Below, piece by piece: positions 1 through 10,138 of a stretch of DNA of 64,000 nucleotides; position 1 is the stretch's first letter, and each line of letters starts with the position of its first letter. The position numbers and the translations under genes are program-made. Source of the DNA: Candidatus Bathyarchaeota archaeon (GTDB lineage Archaea > Thermoproteota > Bathyarchaeia > 40CM-2-53-6); the NCBI GenBank assembly GCA_963783645.1, contig CAWAOH010000016.1, forward strand, positions 141,719-205,718, in the 5' to 3' direction. Below the pieces are notes generated by a model. It saw nothing but the letters and a program-made list of their open reading frames with translations. It did not search any database and was not told the DNA's origin.

Positions 1-1
1 A

Positions 2-2047
2 TACACCGCACCTGTCCCCGACTTTAGATCAAACTTTGACGGAAGGCCAGCATTCTTGGCCCCGTCAGGTAGCAACTACGCGCTGTACAATAGTGCGGAG
101 CTGAACTCAGTCTTTGACCAGCTTTATTCAACAGCGGACCCCGCTGTTCAGAAGCAGCTCACTGACAAGGCTCAAGAGATCATATTCCGCGACAAGCCAT
201 ACAACTACATCTACGAACCCACTGACGCCATTCCAATCAACTCTAAGTGGACTATATGGGGAACACCCCCCGGACCTAATGCCGCGTATAGTGAAGTCAG
301 GTTCCCCGATGTCGAGCACTGGTCTGGCGGAAATCAACTCACCTTCTCTGAAGTGAGCAACGTCTTCCCAGACAATAACCTGAACCCACTAATCACTCCG
401 TCCTCAAACAGCTTCTACGCGACGTATATCTACAGCGCGATATGCTTTTCGAGTGCAGGTTTGCAGGATGTTGATGCACGAACATTGACGTACTACCCAG
501 CCTTAGCAACCAGTATCAGTCACACACCCGACCTCCTCAATTGGAATATCACCATCCAACACGGCGCCAAGTTTGCTGACGGTGTTGAGATCACTGCTGA
601 CGACTTCCTTTACGCGCAATACTTGGATACAAACGCTAAGTCCAACTCAGTTAATCTAGGTACAGCCATCCAGTACCTTGGTAACTACGTTACCTTCAAC
701 TTCCTAGATGGAACCAAATTAGTGGACGACAACAGCGCTAATGCTACTAAGACCGTTGGTACATGGACTGCAACTGGCAAGTACTCGTTCACGTTCGCAA
801 CGCCAGCGGCCTACGCTTTCACAGGACAAACCTACGCAGCTATCTCGCCTCTTCCAAAGCACATTTTGGAGCAGATCCCAGCGGACCAAATTGACAGCAG
901 CGACTACAGCACCGCAGCGAAGCCACACACCTACACTTGGGATACGAAGATGTATGGTGGTAGCGGAAGCTACACAGCTACTGGTCCAGTCTGTGCGGGT
1001 CCATATGTCCTCGACAACTATGACTTCACCGCTAACGTTGCAACATTGAAGAAGAACCCGTACTTCTGGAATGCTACCGGCCTACAGGCAATGGGACAAT
1101 ACTCGGTTGATACCTACAAGGTTGCGTGGATTGAAAGCAAGGACGCGGCTATCGCTGCGCTGAAGAACGGCGAAGTCGATATCTTGGACTACAATTACCA
1201 ACTGGCCAAGGACGTACCTACGCTGCAATCAATACCAAACGTCTTCCTCGTCAATCAGGCAGAGTTGGGCTGGCAAGAGCAGGGCTTCAACATGATGAAC
1301 CCGGTCTTCGGAACGGGTACCGCTACGCCCGCTGGCCAAGCTGACCCAACGAAAGCAGCAGACGCTGCACGCATGGTTCGAACTGCAATCAGCCACCTCA
1401 TTCCACGAGACAAGATCATCCACGATCTCCTCGCGGGAGTCGGCACGCCACTCGCATCATGGCTCGGTCCAGGTTGGGGTGTATGGTATGATTCGAGCCT
1501 GACACCTGACGCATACGATGTGAACGTAGCAGTTCAGGACCTGCAAGCAGCGGGATACAATGTACAATTCACTCCACCTGCGCCAATCGCGTTTAGTGGA
1601 ACCCCAATGCTAGGCCAGTCGATCACAGTATCAGGCACGTCACAAATCTCCAACGAGTACGTTGTCGTTGAACAGAGCACTGATGGCGGCACCACTTGGA
1701 AACCAGTCGCAGCCGCAATAGCAGACAACAGCAGCAAGTACTCTGTACAAGTAGCAGGCCCACCAGTGTTTGGCACTGTCTGGTACGCTGCGAACTTCAC
1801 AGGATACTCTGCACCGAACGAAACAATTGCAATGGCACCAATTACCCCAACCCTAGTCAACCAGTACATCAACAATGGAGACATAGGCGGCGGCAAACAA
1901 CTGATTGCGGAGAAGATCTCAGACCCGATCACCGTGTCATCTGCAACAAATGACGCATTAGTGGTACTCGTACCAATAATCATCATCGTTGTGGTTGGCG
2001 CGCTTGTGATGAGAACTCGCAAGAAGAAAACCACAGAACAAAAGTAA
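2..2047 (+). CDS. ABC transporter substrate-binding protein, family 5 (peptide/nickel type), 5'-partial, with C-terminal TM anchor
   Basis: Frame 2 is open from the window edge with no upstream stop. Family-5 SBP motifs are present (WNITIQHGAKFADG..ADDF, NPYFWN). The last ~25 aa are hydrophobic followed by a basic tail (RTRKKKTTEQK), typical of an archaeal membrane-anchored SBP. Confidence 0.7.
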   Translation, partial: YTAPVPDFRSNFDGRPAFLAPSGSNYALYNSAELNSVFDQLYSTADPAVQKQLTDKAQEIIFRDKPYNYIYEPTDAIPINSKWTIWGTPPGPNAAYSEVRFPDVEHWSGGNQLTFSEVSNVFPDNNLNPLITPSSNSFYATYIYSAICFSSAGLQDVDARTLTYYPALATSISHTPDLLNWNITIQHGAKFADGVEITADDFLYAQYLDTNAKSNSVNLGTAIQYLGNYVTFNFLDGTKLVDDNSANATKTVGTWTATGKYSFTFATPAAYAFTGQTYAAISPLPKHILEQIPADQIDSSDYSTAAKPHTYTWDTKMYGGSGSYTATGPVCAGPYVLDNYDFTANVATLKKNPYFWNATGLQAMGQYSVDTYKVAWIESKDAAIAALKNGEVDILDYNYQLAKDVPTLQSIPNVFLVNQAELGWQEQGFNMMNPVFGTGTATPAGQADPTKAADAARMVRTAISHLIPRDKIIHDLLAGVGTPLASWLGPGWGVWYDSSLTPDAYDVNVAVQDLQAAGYNVQFTPPAPIAFSGTPMLGQSITVSGTSQISNEYVVVEQSTDGGTTWKPVAAAIADNSSKYSVQVAGPPVFGTVWYAANFTGYSAPNETIAMAPITPTLVNQYINNGDIGGGKQLIAEKISDPITVSSATNDALVVLVPIIIIVVVGALVMRTRKKKTTEQK

Positions 2048-2083
2048 GATGGCCTGACGGGTCCTTTGACCCCAGGCACCCCC

Positions 2084-2103
2084 GTTTCTTTTTCTTCTTT
2101 CCT
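2084..2103. terminator. Pyrimidine/oligo-T tract between convergent genes (candidate archaeal terminator)
   Basis: tttctttttcttctttcc lies immediately after the SBP stop codon and before the end of the minus-strand ORF 2125-2472. Confidence 0.25.
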
Positions 2104-2124
2104 CTCAGACATAATGACGTTTAA

Positions 2125-2472
2125 TTATACTCTAAGAGTTGCCAACAAGATTAGGACTCCTAAGAGGATTGCGCCTGATCCCACCAGTGTGACAGCACGT
2201 TTTTCCGCGTTTTTTCGCTTATCTGGCGAGTACGTCTCTTTAGAGGAGAAGATGGACTTTCTGAATTGGACGAAACCTACGGACGATCCATAGTCTACTA
2301 TGCCTGCTAATAGAAACAGCAGGGCCGTTTCAACCAGCAGCATGTCTCCAAAGAGCTCAACCGGGGTGATAATGGTACTAAGAAGGACTCCAACCAATCC
2401 GTCTATGAGTAATAATGTCGTCGCGATTTTTAGAGATCGCTGCAATATTTGAGTATACGTCAGCACGAACAA
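2125..2472 (-). CDS. Hypothetical small membrane protein (2-3 TM segments)
   Basis: 115-aa ORF with hydrophobic segments (LLLIDGLVGVLLSTIITPV; LLFLLAGIV; AILLGVLILLATL). No recognisable family. Confidence 0.35.
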   Translation of the reverse strand: MFVLTYTQILQRSLKIATTLLLIDGLVGVLLSTIITPVELFGDMLLVETALLFLLAGIVDYGSSVGFVQFRKSIFSSKETYSPDKRKNAEKRAVTLVGSGAILLGVLILLATLRV

Positions 2473-2518
2473 GTATAAGTGCGCTTACAAAATTAACATA
2501 GCGTCTAGGTTCAGCATT

Positions 2519-3478
2519 ATGTCGCGCACGAGAGACAAACATCAGACTCGGGATCAATCGCATTCGCTGCGAACATACTCGTTCCTTCTTACGATTGTGT
2601 TGTTGGCCATGATTATTGGTGGGTCTTACTACAATTCCTTGCCGAAGGTAGGGCACATTCCAGACACGTTTCATTTCCAGTCGACAAGTTGGATGACTTT
2701 TGTACCTCAGACCGCCCAGTATGTTGCATACGTTGACTATCAGCAAGCATACTCAGCTTCAGGTAATACATTCCTCTTCGGGACTTCGCCAGTTTTTCAG
2801 TTCTTTCAAATTCCGATCAACATACCGCCTCAAAGTGTCTTGTACGACCTCGACATCCAAGTGCCTGTGGCAGGCGTTAGTTCTAGTGTGGTTACTGTCA
2901 GCGTCATCGAGCTCCGGAACGACACGATGCGCATTTTCACTAGCGAATTAGCAAAGGCGGAAATACCTAGCTCGGCATATGACGGCTTTCCTGTTTACAG
3001 TCTCTTGATCGTTAATCCGGTGGCTTCTCAGCAACAAAATTTGCTCACTGGATATGTTGCAGCTGTGGAGGATGTTCTTATCGTCAGTATTGATCCGAAA
3101 TATGGTAAGTCTGGAGTTGAAACGATTCTTGACGAGTATACGAGCAATGCCCCTAATCTGTTTGCCAATACTGATGTCAGAAGGGGCGTATATGCTAGTG
3201 GTGCAGCAGACGTAGCCTACATTGGCTTATTCGTGGGAACGTTTTCAAGCCAATTCAATAATACTCGCATGATTGTCAAATCAATTGTCTCAAACGGAGG
3301 CGGCATAAGCGTGACGAGATCAATACTGTTTCCGACATCGGATTTTGCTATGAGTGAATTCGGTCACGCGCATAATGTCTACCGTGACGCCAACAGCTAC
3401 ATAGTCCTTGACCAGTGGCTCGTCATATCGTACAGTTACACATTCGACAAACTACGAGGAGAACTCACCGGAATCTGA
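2519..3478 (+). CDS. Hypothetical membrane-anchored extracytoplasmic protein
   Basis: 319-aa ORF with a basic N-terminus, one TM (FLLTIVLLAMIIGGSYY), and a large domain rich in S/T/Q/N. Same strand as, and directly upstream of, the membrane wHTH regulator gene. Confidence 0.5.
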   Translation: MSRTRDKHQTRDQSHSLRTYSFLLTIVLLAMIIGGSYYNSLPKVGHIPDTFHFQSTSWMTFVPQTAQYVAYVDYQQAYSASGNTFLFGTSPVFQFFQIPINIPPQSVLYDLDIQVPVAGVSSSVVTVSVIELRNDTMRIFTSELAKAEIPSSAYDGFPVYSLLIVNPVASQQQNLLTGYVAAVEDVLIVSIDPKYGKSGVETILDEYTSNAPNLFANTDVRRGVYASGAADVAYIGLFVGTFSSQFNNTRMIVKSIVSNGGGISVTRSILFPTSDFAMSEFGHAHNVYRDANSYIVLDQWLVISYSYTFDKLRGELTGI

Positions 3479-3545
3479 GGCATAACGCCGCCGATAGGTT
3501 ATTACCCGCCTTTTTCGAATACTCTCCATCTGCGGTAAACGTGAT

Positions 3546-5348
3546 ATGTTGCGGAGGACCGTCCTTATCGTTCTGCTTTGTGCGATTTCATTAGTAATGG
3601 TCCCCCAATCCAATGCTGCTCCGACACGCTCTCCGTCCCTTGGAGATTTTTCACTGCAGGCGGTTACGACGAGGTTGTTCGTAGATGGCAGTGGCGTGGT
3701 CCATATGCTCTGGGCAGTTCATTCCGCTCTACTCACCGGAATTCAGGCTGGGATATGGTACGCGAGATATGCGCCCAATGGAACGACCGAAATCCCCCCC
3801 ATCCTACTGCGAAACAGTACGAACATCCAATCAGTAGATATCGCCGAGGATAATGTAGGTAACCTTCACCTAGTGTGGGCGGAAGGCCCAGCCTTCACCA
3901 ACTCAACTGTAAATCTGTTCTCCACGGACTCTGACGCTCAACTCTACTACGCTGAGATGAATTCTACGAATAACCAGTTAACAAACCCGACGCCTCTTAC
4001 AGGTTACGGAAGAATCGCGATGTGGCCGTCGATAGCCGTGGATAATGAATCGATCCCCCATGTCATATGGATGGAAGTAAGCATCAAAACGGAAAATCGC
4101 ACATTATCAGAGTACTATGGCGTAATCGAAAACAATCATCTTGTCCACCCTACGCTTGTAACCCAATATGATAACCAATCATTCCTCGATGTTCCGCGGC
4201 CACAGATGATTTACGATGAAGCTTACTCAAGCCTCCATATTGCGTGGAGCTACAGTCAAATAACAAATTCTCAGGTAAATTCACAAGTAAGTTACGCAAG
4301 GGTCAATCTTGATGACAACGCATCGACCGCAGTACATCGAATTGCAGTAGCAGATCTAAAGCAACCTGTTCAGGACGCCTCAGTTGCTCAAGGCGGCAAT
4401 GGTAGTGCTTATGTCGTATGGCAAGCTCCCGCTTCAGACTCATCTCGTCTTGTGTATGTTTCCAGGATCTCCAAAGAAGGAAACGTGGTCTTCCTACGTG
4501 GTTTCACAGAGCCTTCAACGGTCGCACCGTACTTGGTCTCGTCGTCGGACTCGCAAGAGAATCTCTACTTGGTATGGTATCAGCCTCCCCCTCTACCCAG
4601 GAGCGTGGTGCCAGTAAGGTCAGTGACGAGTGTAAGTTACGTGAGGATTGACGATGCTGGTTCAGTCACAGATTCGGGAAACAAACAAGTTTCTGGAACT
4701 GTACTCGCGATTGGTGTTTCCATGACGGGAGATGTCTACGCCGTCTCGTCACTGGGAGTTATCAAAGTAAAACCGCCAATCCTAACGCCACTGGTTCAGT
4801 TAATGCTAGGAATCGCTGCATTTTCTGCAGCGGGAATTGCAGTGACTGAAGAAGGAAAGTACAGACTCATTCGCTCGCTCACTTCAATCTCGCACAACTT
4901 CTATCGTCCCGGCCTCCGGACTCTGAATGATGACGCGATTCTGCAGTTGCTCACGGAAAAACCTGGAAGTAATCTCAGAGAAATCAAACGTACCACAAGA
5001 ATCAATGCACGTGTCTCACTGAGTAGGCTCACACAGCTGGAACGTGCCGGCTATATTTCCTCAATCCGAGTTGGACTAAGTCGCAGATTCTTCGAGTCAA
5101 ATCCCACTGATCAAATGGTCGCCCCGAAGAAAATTGCGTGCTTGATCCTGAATGAAATAAAGCGTACGCCTGGAACGTGGGAGGGAAAACTTGCCCAGGA
5201 TCTAGGTCTCAGTCAACAGATTGTGCATTATCACGTTAGACGAATGCGGTCCGAGGGGCTCCTAGATGTAGAGTTAGAGGGGAGACGAAAATTGTATCGA
5301 CTCGCAAATTCTGCGCGCTCGCGCAATCAAGAAAGTAGTCTCGACTGA
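3546..5348 (+). CDS. Membrane-spanning putative one-component regulator: signal peptide, extracytoplasmic repeat domain, TM helix, two cytoplasmic winged-helix DNA-binding domains
   Basis: N-terminal signal (MLRRTVLIVLLCAISLVMVPQSNAAP). About six repeats of the type hhhhW (HMLWAVH, HLVWAEG, HVIWMEV, HIAWSYS, YVVWQAP, YLVWYQPP), suggesting a beta-propeller-like sensor. TM at LVQLMLGIAAFSAAGIAV. Two ArsR/MarR-like wHTH units follow (LREIKRTTRINARVSLSRLTQLERAGYISS; GKLAQDLGLSQQIVHYHVRRMRSEGLL). Confidence 0.6.
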   Translation: MLRRTVLIVLLCAISLVMVPQSNAAPTRSPSLGDFSLQAVTTRLFVDGSGVVHMLWAVHSALLTGIQAGIWYARYAPNGTTEIPPILLRNSTNIQSVDIAEDNVGNLHLVWAEGPAFTNSTVNLFSTDSDAQLYYAEMNSTNNQLTNPTPLTGYGRIAMWPSIAVDNESIPHVIWMEVSIKTENRTLSEYYGVIENNHLVHPTLVTQYDNQSFLDVPRPQMIYDEAYSSLHIAWSYSQITNSQVNSQVSYARVNLDDNASTAVHRIAVADLKQPVQDASVAQGGNGSAYVVWQAPASDSSRLVYVSRISKEGNVVFLRGFTEPSTVAPYLVSSSDSQENLYLVWYQPPPLPRSVVPVRSVTSVSYVRIDDAGSVTDSGNKQVSGTVLAIGVSMTGDVYAVSSLGVIKVKPPILTPLVQLMLGIAAFSAAGIAVTEEGKYRLIRSLTSISHNFYRPGLRTLNDDAILQLLTEKPGSNLREIKRTTRINARVSLSRLTQLERAGYISSIRVGLSRRFFESNPTDQMVAPKKIACLILNEIKRTPGTWEGKLAQDLGLSQQIVHYHVRRMRSEGLLDVELEGRRKLYRLANSARSRNQESSLD

Positions 5349-5518
5349 CGTTAGCTACCGCGTTCCTTGGGCCTTCGCTTTCTTAGTATCACGACGATTC
5401 CGTAAACAAGGAGAAATGCAACAGCCAACCAGGCTGCAAGTTGTAAACTTAGAAGAGCCAAGGAAACAAGAAGCAGCGCGATGACAACGCTGATCGCTGT
5501 CTGCTTATCTTTCAAGAG

Positions 5519-6736
5519 CTAACTCAACTCTGTCTTGCTGATTCCTGTCGAAGTAGGGATACTAGGGATCACGTGACCGGCATTTGGGATGACTGATATT
5601 GAAGCGTCTGCGCCCAACGCACGCTGAGCAGACTGCAGCGCACCATTCATGGTCTTCGCAGGCTTAAGCCCGAATGTGTGTTCGAGGTGATGGTCCGGAA
5701 TCGTGGACACCAAATATACTCTGTGACTATTCAATACTCTGAGAAGATATGCAGCCTTCCAACCATTATAGTTGAAGCGATGGCGCAGTCGAGCTTCAAG
5801 ATGACGTGCCTCCTTATGTTCCTTCACCCAAGCATAGAAGTCCGTGTTCCCATGACCAAGAGAACACTCAGCAGCAACAATCAAAGCACCATTCCTTTTG
5901 AGAACAGACAAGCCGGCTGGAAAAGATTCAACTGCGGTAAGTAAAGATTCGTCAAGCGGCATTCCGCCAACACTCATGACAACGATATCAGCCGACTTGC
6001 TTGCTTGAATTGTTGCCACACGGCGAAGCGTTTCGCTTAACTTCCCAACTGTCTCATCAAATTTGCCAAGCCCGACCTCGATTGGAGAGAGCTCCGAATT
6101 CAGAACGAAACCCAAACCGTAGACGTTGTGTAGGTTAGAGGTTACTTCTAGCCGTTCCTTGTACAAGTCATGTGGGTCCAGAGGCTTACTCCGGACTAGT
6201 TGATCATGGGCCGACTTCTCAGACGCTAGGCCGGGAAAAATCGTGTCGCACAAGCCTGAGAATCCGATGAAGTGATTTGGCCTCAACTCTCCCACGGCAA
6301 TCGTCAACACGTTCTCGGTTACGAGACTGTTTAGTGATGGAATAAAATCACTAGAATAACCTTCACAGGGGATCGTGACAGAGTTCTCCGGCGAATGATG
6401 GACAACCTGAACTTCCGGTGCTAATCCAACGATCGCATCGGATTTGGGTGTGCGAAGAATAGTCAGGGAACTTGCCGGAATACCTTCACGCGCAAACCTA
6501 TTCGCTAGAGATTTCGTGGCATTCGTGATCAACTCCTTGTTTCTACTCTCGCCCACAACGATGCAGACTCGACTGGAATTCTTCGCAATCGTGACCAGTT
6601 CGTCAGAGACAATCTTGTCCAAATCAACAACTGATGGTTGCTCAGACGGGCGTGGTTGCAATATGTCAATCAGGTTCTCGTCCGGAATCCGGACTGGGAC
6701 CTCCGATACGCCATATGGGAGCCAGATTTCTACCAT
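5519..6736 (-). CDS. LarA-like (lactate racemase / DUF2088 family) protein
   Basis: N-terminus MVEIWLPYGVSEVPVRIPDENL is LarA-like, and C-terminal blocks (VGGMPLDESLL..; VSTIPDHHLEHTFG...VIPNAGHVIP) are collinear with LarA. At the position of the LarA Lys that tethers the cofactor (GFSGGRKS), this protein reads GFSGLCDT. Confidence 0.55.
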   Translation of the reverse strand: MVEIWLPYGVSEVPVRIPDENLIDILQPRPSEQPSVVDLDKIVSDELVTIAKNSSRVCIVVGESRNKELITNATKSLANRFAREGIPASSLTILRTPKSDAIVGLAPEVQVVHHSPENSVTIPCEGYSSDFIPSLNSLVTENVLTIAVGELRPNHFIGFSGLCDTIFPGLASEKSAHDQLVRSKPLDPHDLYKERLEVTSNLHNVYGLGFVLNSELSPIEVGLGKFDETVGKLSETLRRVATIQASKSADIVVMSVGGMPLDESLLTAVESFPAGLSVLKRNGALIVAAECSLGHGNTDFYAWVKEHKEARHLEARLRHRFNYNGWKAAYLLRVLNSHRVYLVSTIPDHHLEHTFGLKPAKTMNGALQSAQRALGADASISVIPNAGHVIPSIPTSTGISKTELS

Positions 6737-6829
6737 GAGATGCACCACAGCGTGATAGGACTTGAATTGCGGCTCACCAATCACTGGAAAGAATTAAACT
6801 AGTCGAGTCACAGCTTGTAACTGATCGGA

Positions 6830-7471
6830 ATGGAACAGGAACAGAGTCAAGGAGTTGAAGAGCTCAGCAGATTGCTTCTAAAGACTGGTTGCCTTAGGTT
6901 CGGAACCTTCAAACTATCCAGCGGCGCGCTTAGCCCCTACTACGTTGATCTGCGGTTAATCCCCAGCGATCCGGAAGCATTCAGGAAAGTCATTGGCTAC
7001 TATTCCAGCGTGATTCAAGGGGAAATTGCGGAACGTTCGCACAGCTTCGCAGGAATCCCAACGGCGGGAATAGCGTACGGCGCCGTGCTAGCCTTCAATC
7101 ATAGGAAACCCTTCCTATACGTGAGAAAGGAGGCCAAAGAACATGGCACGGGAAGGAGGATTGAGGGTCGTCTCTTTCCGGGAGTAAAGGTGCTGATCCT
7201 GGACGATGTCGTGACTTCTGGAAGTAACCTGGTCAACGCTATAGATGCTATACGAACTGATGGGGGAATTGTCGAAGATGCAGTCGTACTATTAGATAGG
7301 CAGCAGGGAGGGGCAACCAGCCTAGAGAAAACTGGGGTCAAACTTCATTCATTTGCGACGATTTCACGAATTTGTGAGATACTCCGCGACAACGGAACTA
7401 TTGACGAATCACACTACAACCAAATCCTAGACCAAATAGGCAGTGGATCGGGACAGTCAAGCGACAGTTAA
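6830..7471 (+). CDS. pyrE: Orotate phosphoribosyltransferase
   Basis: FGTFKLSSGALSPYYVDLR and the PRPP-binding motif VLILDDVVTSGSNL. Confidence 0.85.
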   Translation: MEQEQSQGVEELSRLLLKTGCLRFGTFKLSSGALSPYYVDLRLIPSDPEAFRKVIGYYSSVIQGEIAERSHSFAGIPTAGIAYGAVLAFNHRKPFLYVRKEAKEHGTGRRIEGRLFPGVKVLILDDVVTSGSNLVNAIDAIRTDGGIVEDAVVLLDRQQGGATSLEKTGVKLHSFATISRICEILRDNGTIDESHYNQILDQIGSGSGQSSDS

Positions 7472-8341
7472 CGATTTTCTGAGAAGTTTACGTGCAGCTT
7501 CGTATGGATCTAGTCTGTGCTTCTTGACTTGGGAAAGCAGCCCTACGAACCATCGTGTGGAAGTCGCCTTCTGCAAAGCAATGTCTTCGAAGTATCTTTT
7601 CGCAGCATAGATTACTTCACGTTTCATGCGGTCTGAGTCATCTGCTTCGTCTGTTTTGCGCACTAGATATTCGGAATGCTGTCGGATTGCTTCGACAAGA
7701 GGAGTTATGCCTTCACCTGAAAGAGCGTTCGTCTTCAAAACCTGCGGACGCCAACCTGAGGAATCGGACATCATGATCATGCTATGGATATCTTTCATCG
7801 CTCGTTCTGTACTCTCTTTATCCGCTTTATTCACAACGAATATGTCGCCGACTTCCATTATCCCAGCCTTTAGCGCTTGAATTTCATCGCCAAGGCCAGG
7901 AGCAGTAACGACAATGATCGTATCCGCCAAATTCCTGATGTCAACATCTGACTGGCCAGCGCCTGCTGTCTCAACAATAACGTGAGTCATCTCCAGTGCA
8001 TCGAGTATGCGTACCACATCCTCAGTTGCGCACGCTACTCCACCAAAGTATCCTCGCGTAGCCATACTTCTGATAAAGACCTTGGGATCTGAGGATAACT
8101 CGCTCATTCTGATTCTGTCACCGAGTAGGGCGCCCCCTGTAATCTGACTTGAGGGATCAACCGCGACTATTCCCACGCTGTCGCCTTTTGCGCGATAAGT
8201 CTTCGCTAATTGTGCGATGAGGGAGCTCTTTCCACAACCCGGGGGTCCTGTGATGCCGATGATGTGGGCATTTCCGGATTTCCAGTAGAGCGCCGACAAG
8301 ATCCTGAATCGTGCTTCAGGATAGTTTTCAGCTAGAGACAT
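7457..8341 (-). CDS. meaB: Methylmalonyl-CoA mutase-associated GTPase (MeaB/ArgK family)
   Basis: P-loop GITGPPGCGKSS, a family-typical layout, and a position directly adjacent to a mutase catalytic-subunit gene. Confidence 0.85.
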   Translation of the reverse strand: MSLAENYPEARFRILSALYWKSGNAHIIGITGPPGCGKSSLIAQLAKTYRAKGDSVGIVAVDPSSQITGGALLGDRIRMSELSSDPKVFIRSMATRGYFGGVACATEDVVRILDALEMTHVIVETAGAGQSDVDIRNLADTIIVVTAPGLGDEIQALKAGIMEVGDIFVVNKADKESTERAMKDIHSMIMMSDSSGWRPQVLKTNALSGEGITPLVEAIRQHSEYLVRKTDEADDSDRMKREVIYAAKRYFEDIALQKATSTRWFVGLLSQVKKHRLDPYEAARKLLRKSLTVA

Positions 8342-8439
8342 CAGCTGGGATGCGGCTCTTCTTTCCCCTTTAATGGCCCTGCTTAGGAGTCTGCTGATGG
8401 CCGTATCAGTGGTCAGCTTAGGATCACTCTAGTCTGAGT

Positions 8440-10047
8440 TTAGATGGATGTGCTCGGATGGAATTCGCCGAAGGTTTCACGAAAGAGATCACTGATCTCA
8501 CCTGTTGTAGCCTTTGATCGGACTGCGTCAATCATAAGCGGCATTATGTTTTCCTTACTCTCCAGCACTCTTCGCATTCTCTCTAAGCTTCTCTCGACTT
8601 GGCTTCGATCTCTACGACGCTTGAATTCTTTAACACGAACGATCTGTTTACGCATCTCTGAAGTCTTAATCTTGTGGATTCTTTCCTCGGCGGAATAGCG
8701 ATCTACGAACATGTTCACTCCGATCACCTTCTTCATGCCCGATTCAACATCTGTTTGCTGCTTGTACGCGCTTTCGCGAATCTGACCTTGGATGTATCCG
8801 TTCTGAATTGCCTTCACTGTGCCTCCCATTCTCCTGATCTTATCCAGCTCTTTGAGAACTTCGGTCTCAATTTGATCCGTGAGATATTCAATGTAATGAC
8901 TTCCTCCCAGTGGATCGGCTGTCTTCACTACGCCCGTCTCGTATGCGATTAGTTGCTGTGTTCGCAGTGCTATCTTCACCGCTTCCTCTGTCGGAAGTGA
9001 CAATGCTTCGTCGAGCGAGTTGGTGTGAAGCGATTGCGTGCCTCCGAGAACTGCAGCCAACGCCTGGATGGTGACTCTTACGATGTTGTTCATGGGCTGT
9101 TGGGCAGTCAGTGTCTCACCGCTGGTTTGAGTATGAAAGCGCAGTTTCATTGATTCAGGGTTTGTTGCGTAAAATTCATCTCGCATCATGTAAGCCCAGA
9201 TTCGTCTGGCTGCTCGGAACTTGGCTATTTCCTCAAGGAAATCATTCTGGCATGCGAAGAAGAAGGACAGACGTGGAGCGAAATCGTCCACTCGTAAGCC
9301 ACGTTGAAGACACGCTCTTACGTATTCCTTGGCGTCGGCAAACGCATACGCTACTTCTTGGACAGCATCGGCGCCGGATTCCCGAATGTGGTATCCACTT
9401 ATGCTGATTGGATGCCACACACGTGCACGTTTGGCGCAGAATTCGATTATGTCCACAGCTATCTTCAGGCTGGATTGAGGAGGAAGGATGTACGTGTTCC
9501 GCGCAATGTACTCCTTTAGGATGTCATTCTGTGTCGTTCCCCTCAGCTCATTCCATGAGTACCCCTGAGATTGGCCAACCGAGAGGTACATTGCAAGCAT
9601 GATTGACGCAGTAGCGTTGATCGTCATTGATGTGCTCACCTCCTTGAGTTTGATGGCGTTGAATAGACGATGCATGTCCTGAATGGACGAGACAGGGACT
9701 CCAACCCTGCCGACCTCTCCCTCAGCCTTGGGCGAATCTGAATCGTAACCAAGTTGGGTGGGTAGATCGAAAGCAACGCTCAACCCGGTTTCGCCCTGGG
9801 TGAGCAGAAATTTGAATCGTCGATTAGTCTCCGCGGCACTTCCGAATCCGGTGTATTGCCGCATAGTCCACAAACGGTCACGATACATCGAAGGGTAGAT
9901 TCCACGCGTAAACGGGAACTTGCCAGGCTCATTGGTTCGTCTGTTTGATGATTTCACGTCCGAAGGACCGTAAAGGCGTTTGACTTCAGCTCCCGAACTC
10001 GTCGTGAACTGATTCAAGGATTTTGACAATATGACTCGCCACTCCAT
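8440..10047 (-). CDS. mcmA: Methylmalonyl-CoA mutase, catalytic (N-terminal) subunit
   Basis: FPFTRGIYPSMYRDRLWTMRQYTGFGSAAETNRRFKFLLTQGETGLSVAFDLPT. The 535-aa ORF has no B12 domain, i.e. the split archaeal type. Confidence 0.9.
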   Translation of the reverse strand: MEWRVILSKSLNQFTTSSGAEVKRLYGPSDVKSSNRRTNEPGKFPFTRGIYPSMYRDRLWTMRQYTGFGSAAETNRRFKFLLTQGETGLSVAFDLPTQLGYDSDSPKAEGEVGRVGVPVSSIQDMHRLFNAIKLKEVSTSMTINATASIMLAMYLSVGQSQGYSWNELRGTTQNDILKEYIARNTYILPPQSSLKIAVDIIEFCAKRARVWHPISISGYHIRESGADAVQEVAYAFADAKEYVRACLQRGLRVDDFAPRLSFFFACQNDFLEEIAKFRAARRIWAYMMRDEFYATNPESMKLRFHTQTSGETLTAQQPMNNIVRVTIQALAAVLGGTQSLHTNSLDEALSLPTEEAVKIALRTQQLIAYETGVVKTADPLGGSHYIEYLTDQIETEVLKELDKIRRMGGTVKAIQNGYIQGQIRESAYKQQTDVESGMKKVIGVNMFVDRYSAEERIHKIKTSEMRKQIVRVKEFKRRRDRSQVERSLERMRRVLESKENIMPLMIDAVRSKATTGEISDLFRETFGEFHPSTSI

Positions 10048-10138
10048 AATGATCAGGACGCAAAAAAGCTTCAGCCCTAAGAAGAAAAGAACATTAACGC
10101 CCCTACCTCAAGCTCATGGAACGAGACGATGAAACGCT

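Noticed and set aside
1534-2112. 192-aa minus-strand ORF overlapping the 3' end of the SBP gene
   Set aside because: Antisense to the SBP C-terminal region. Its hydrophobic stretch mirrors the SBP TM anchor, so it is a shadow ORF.
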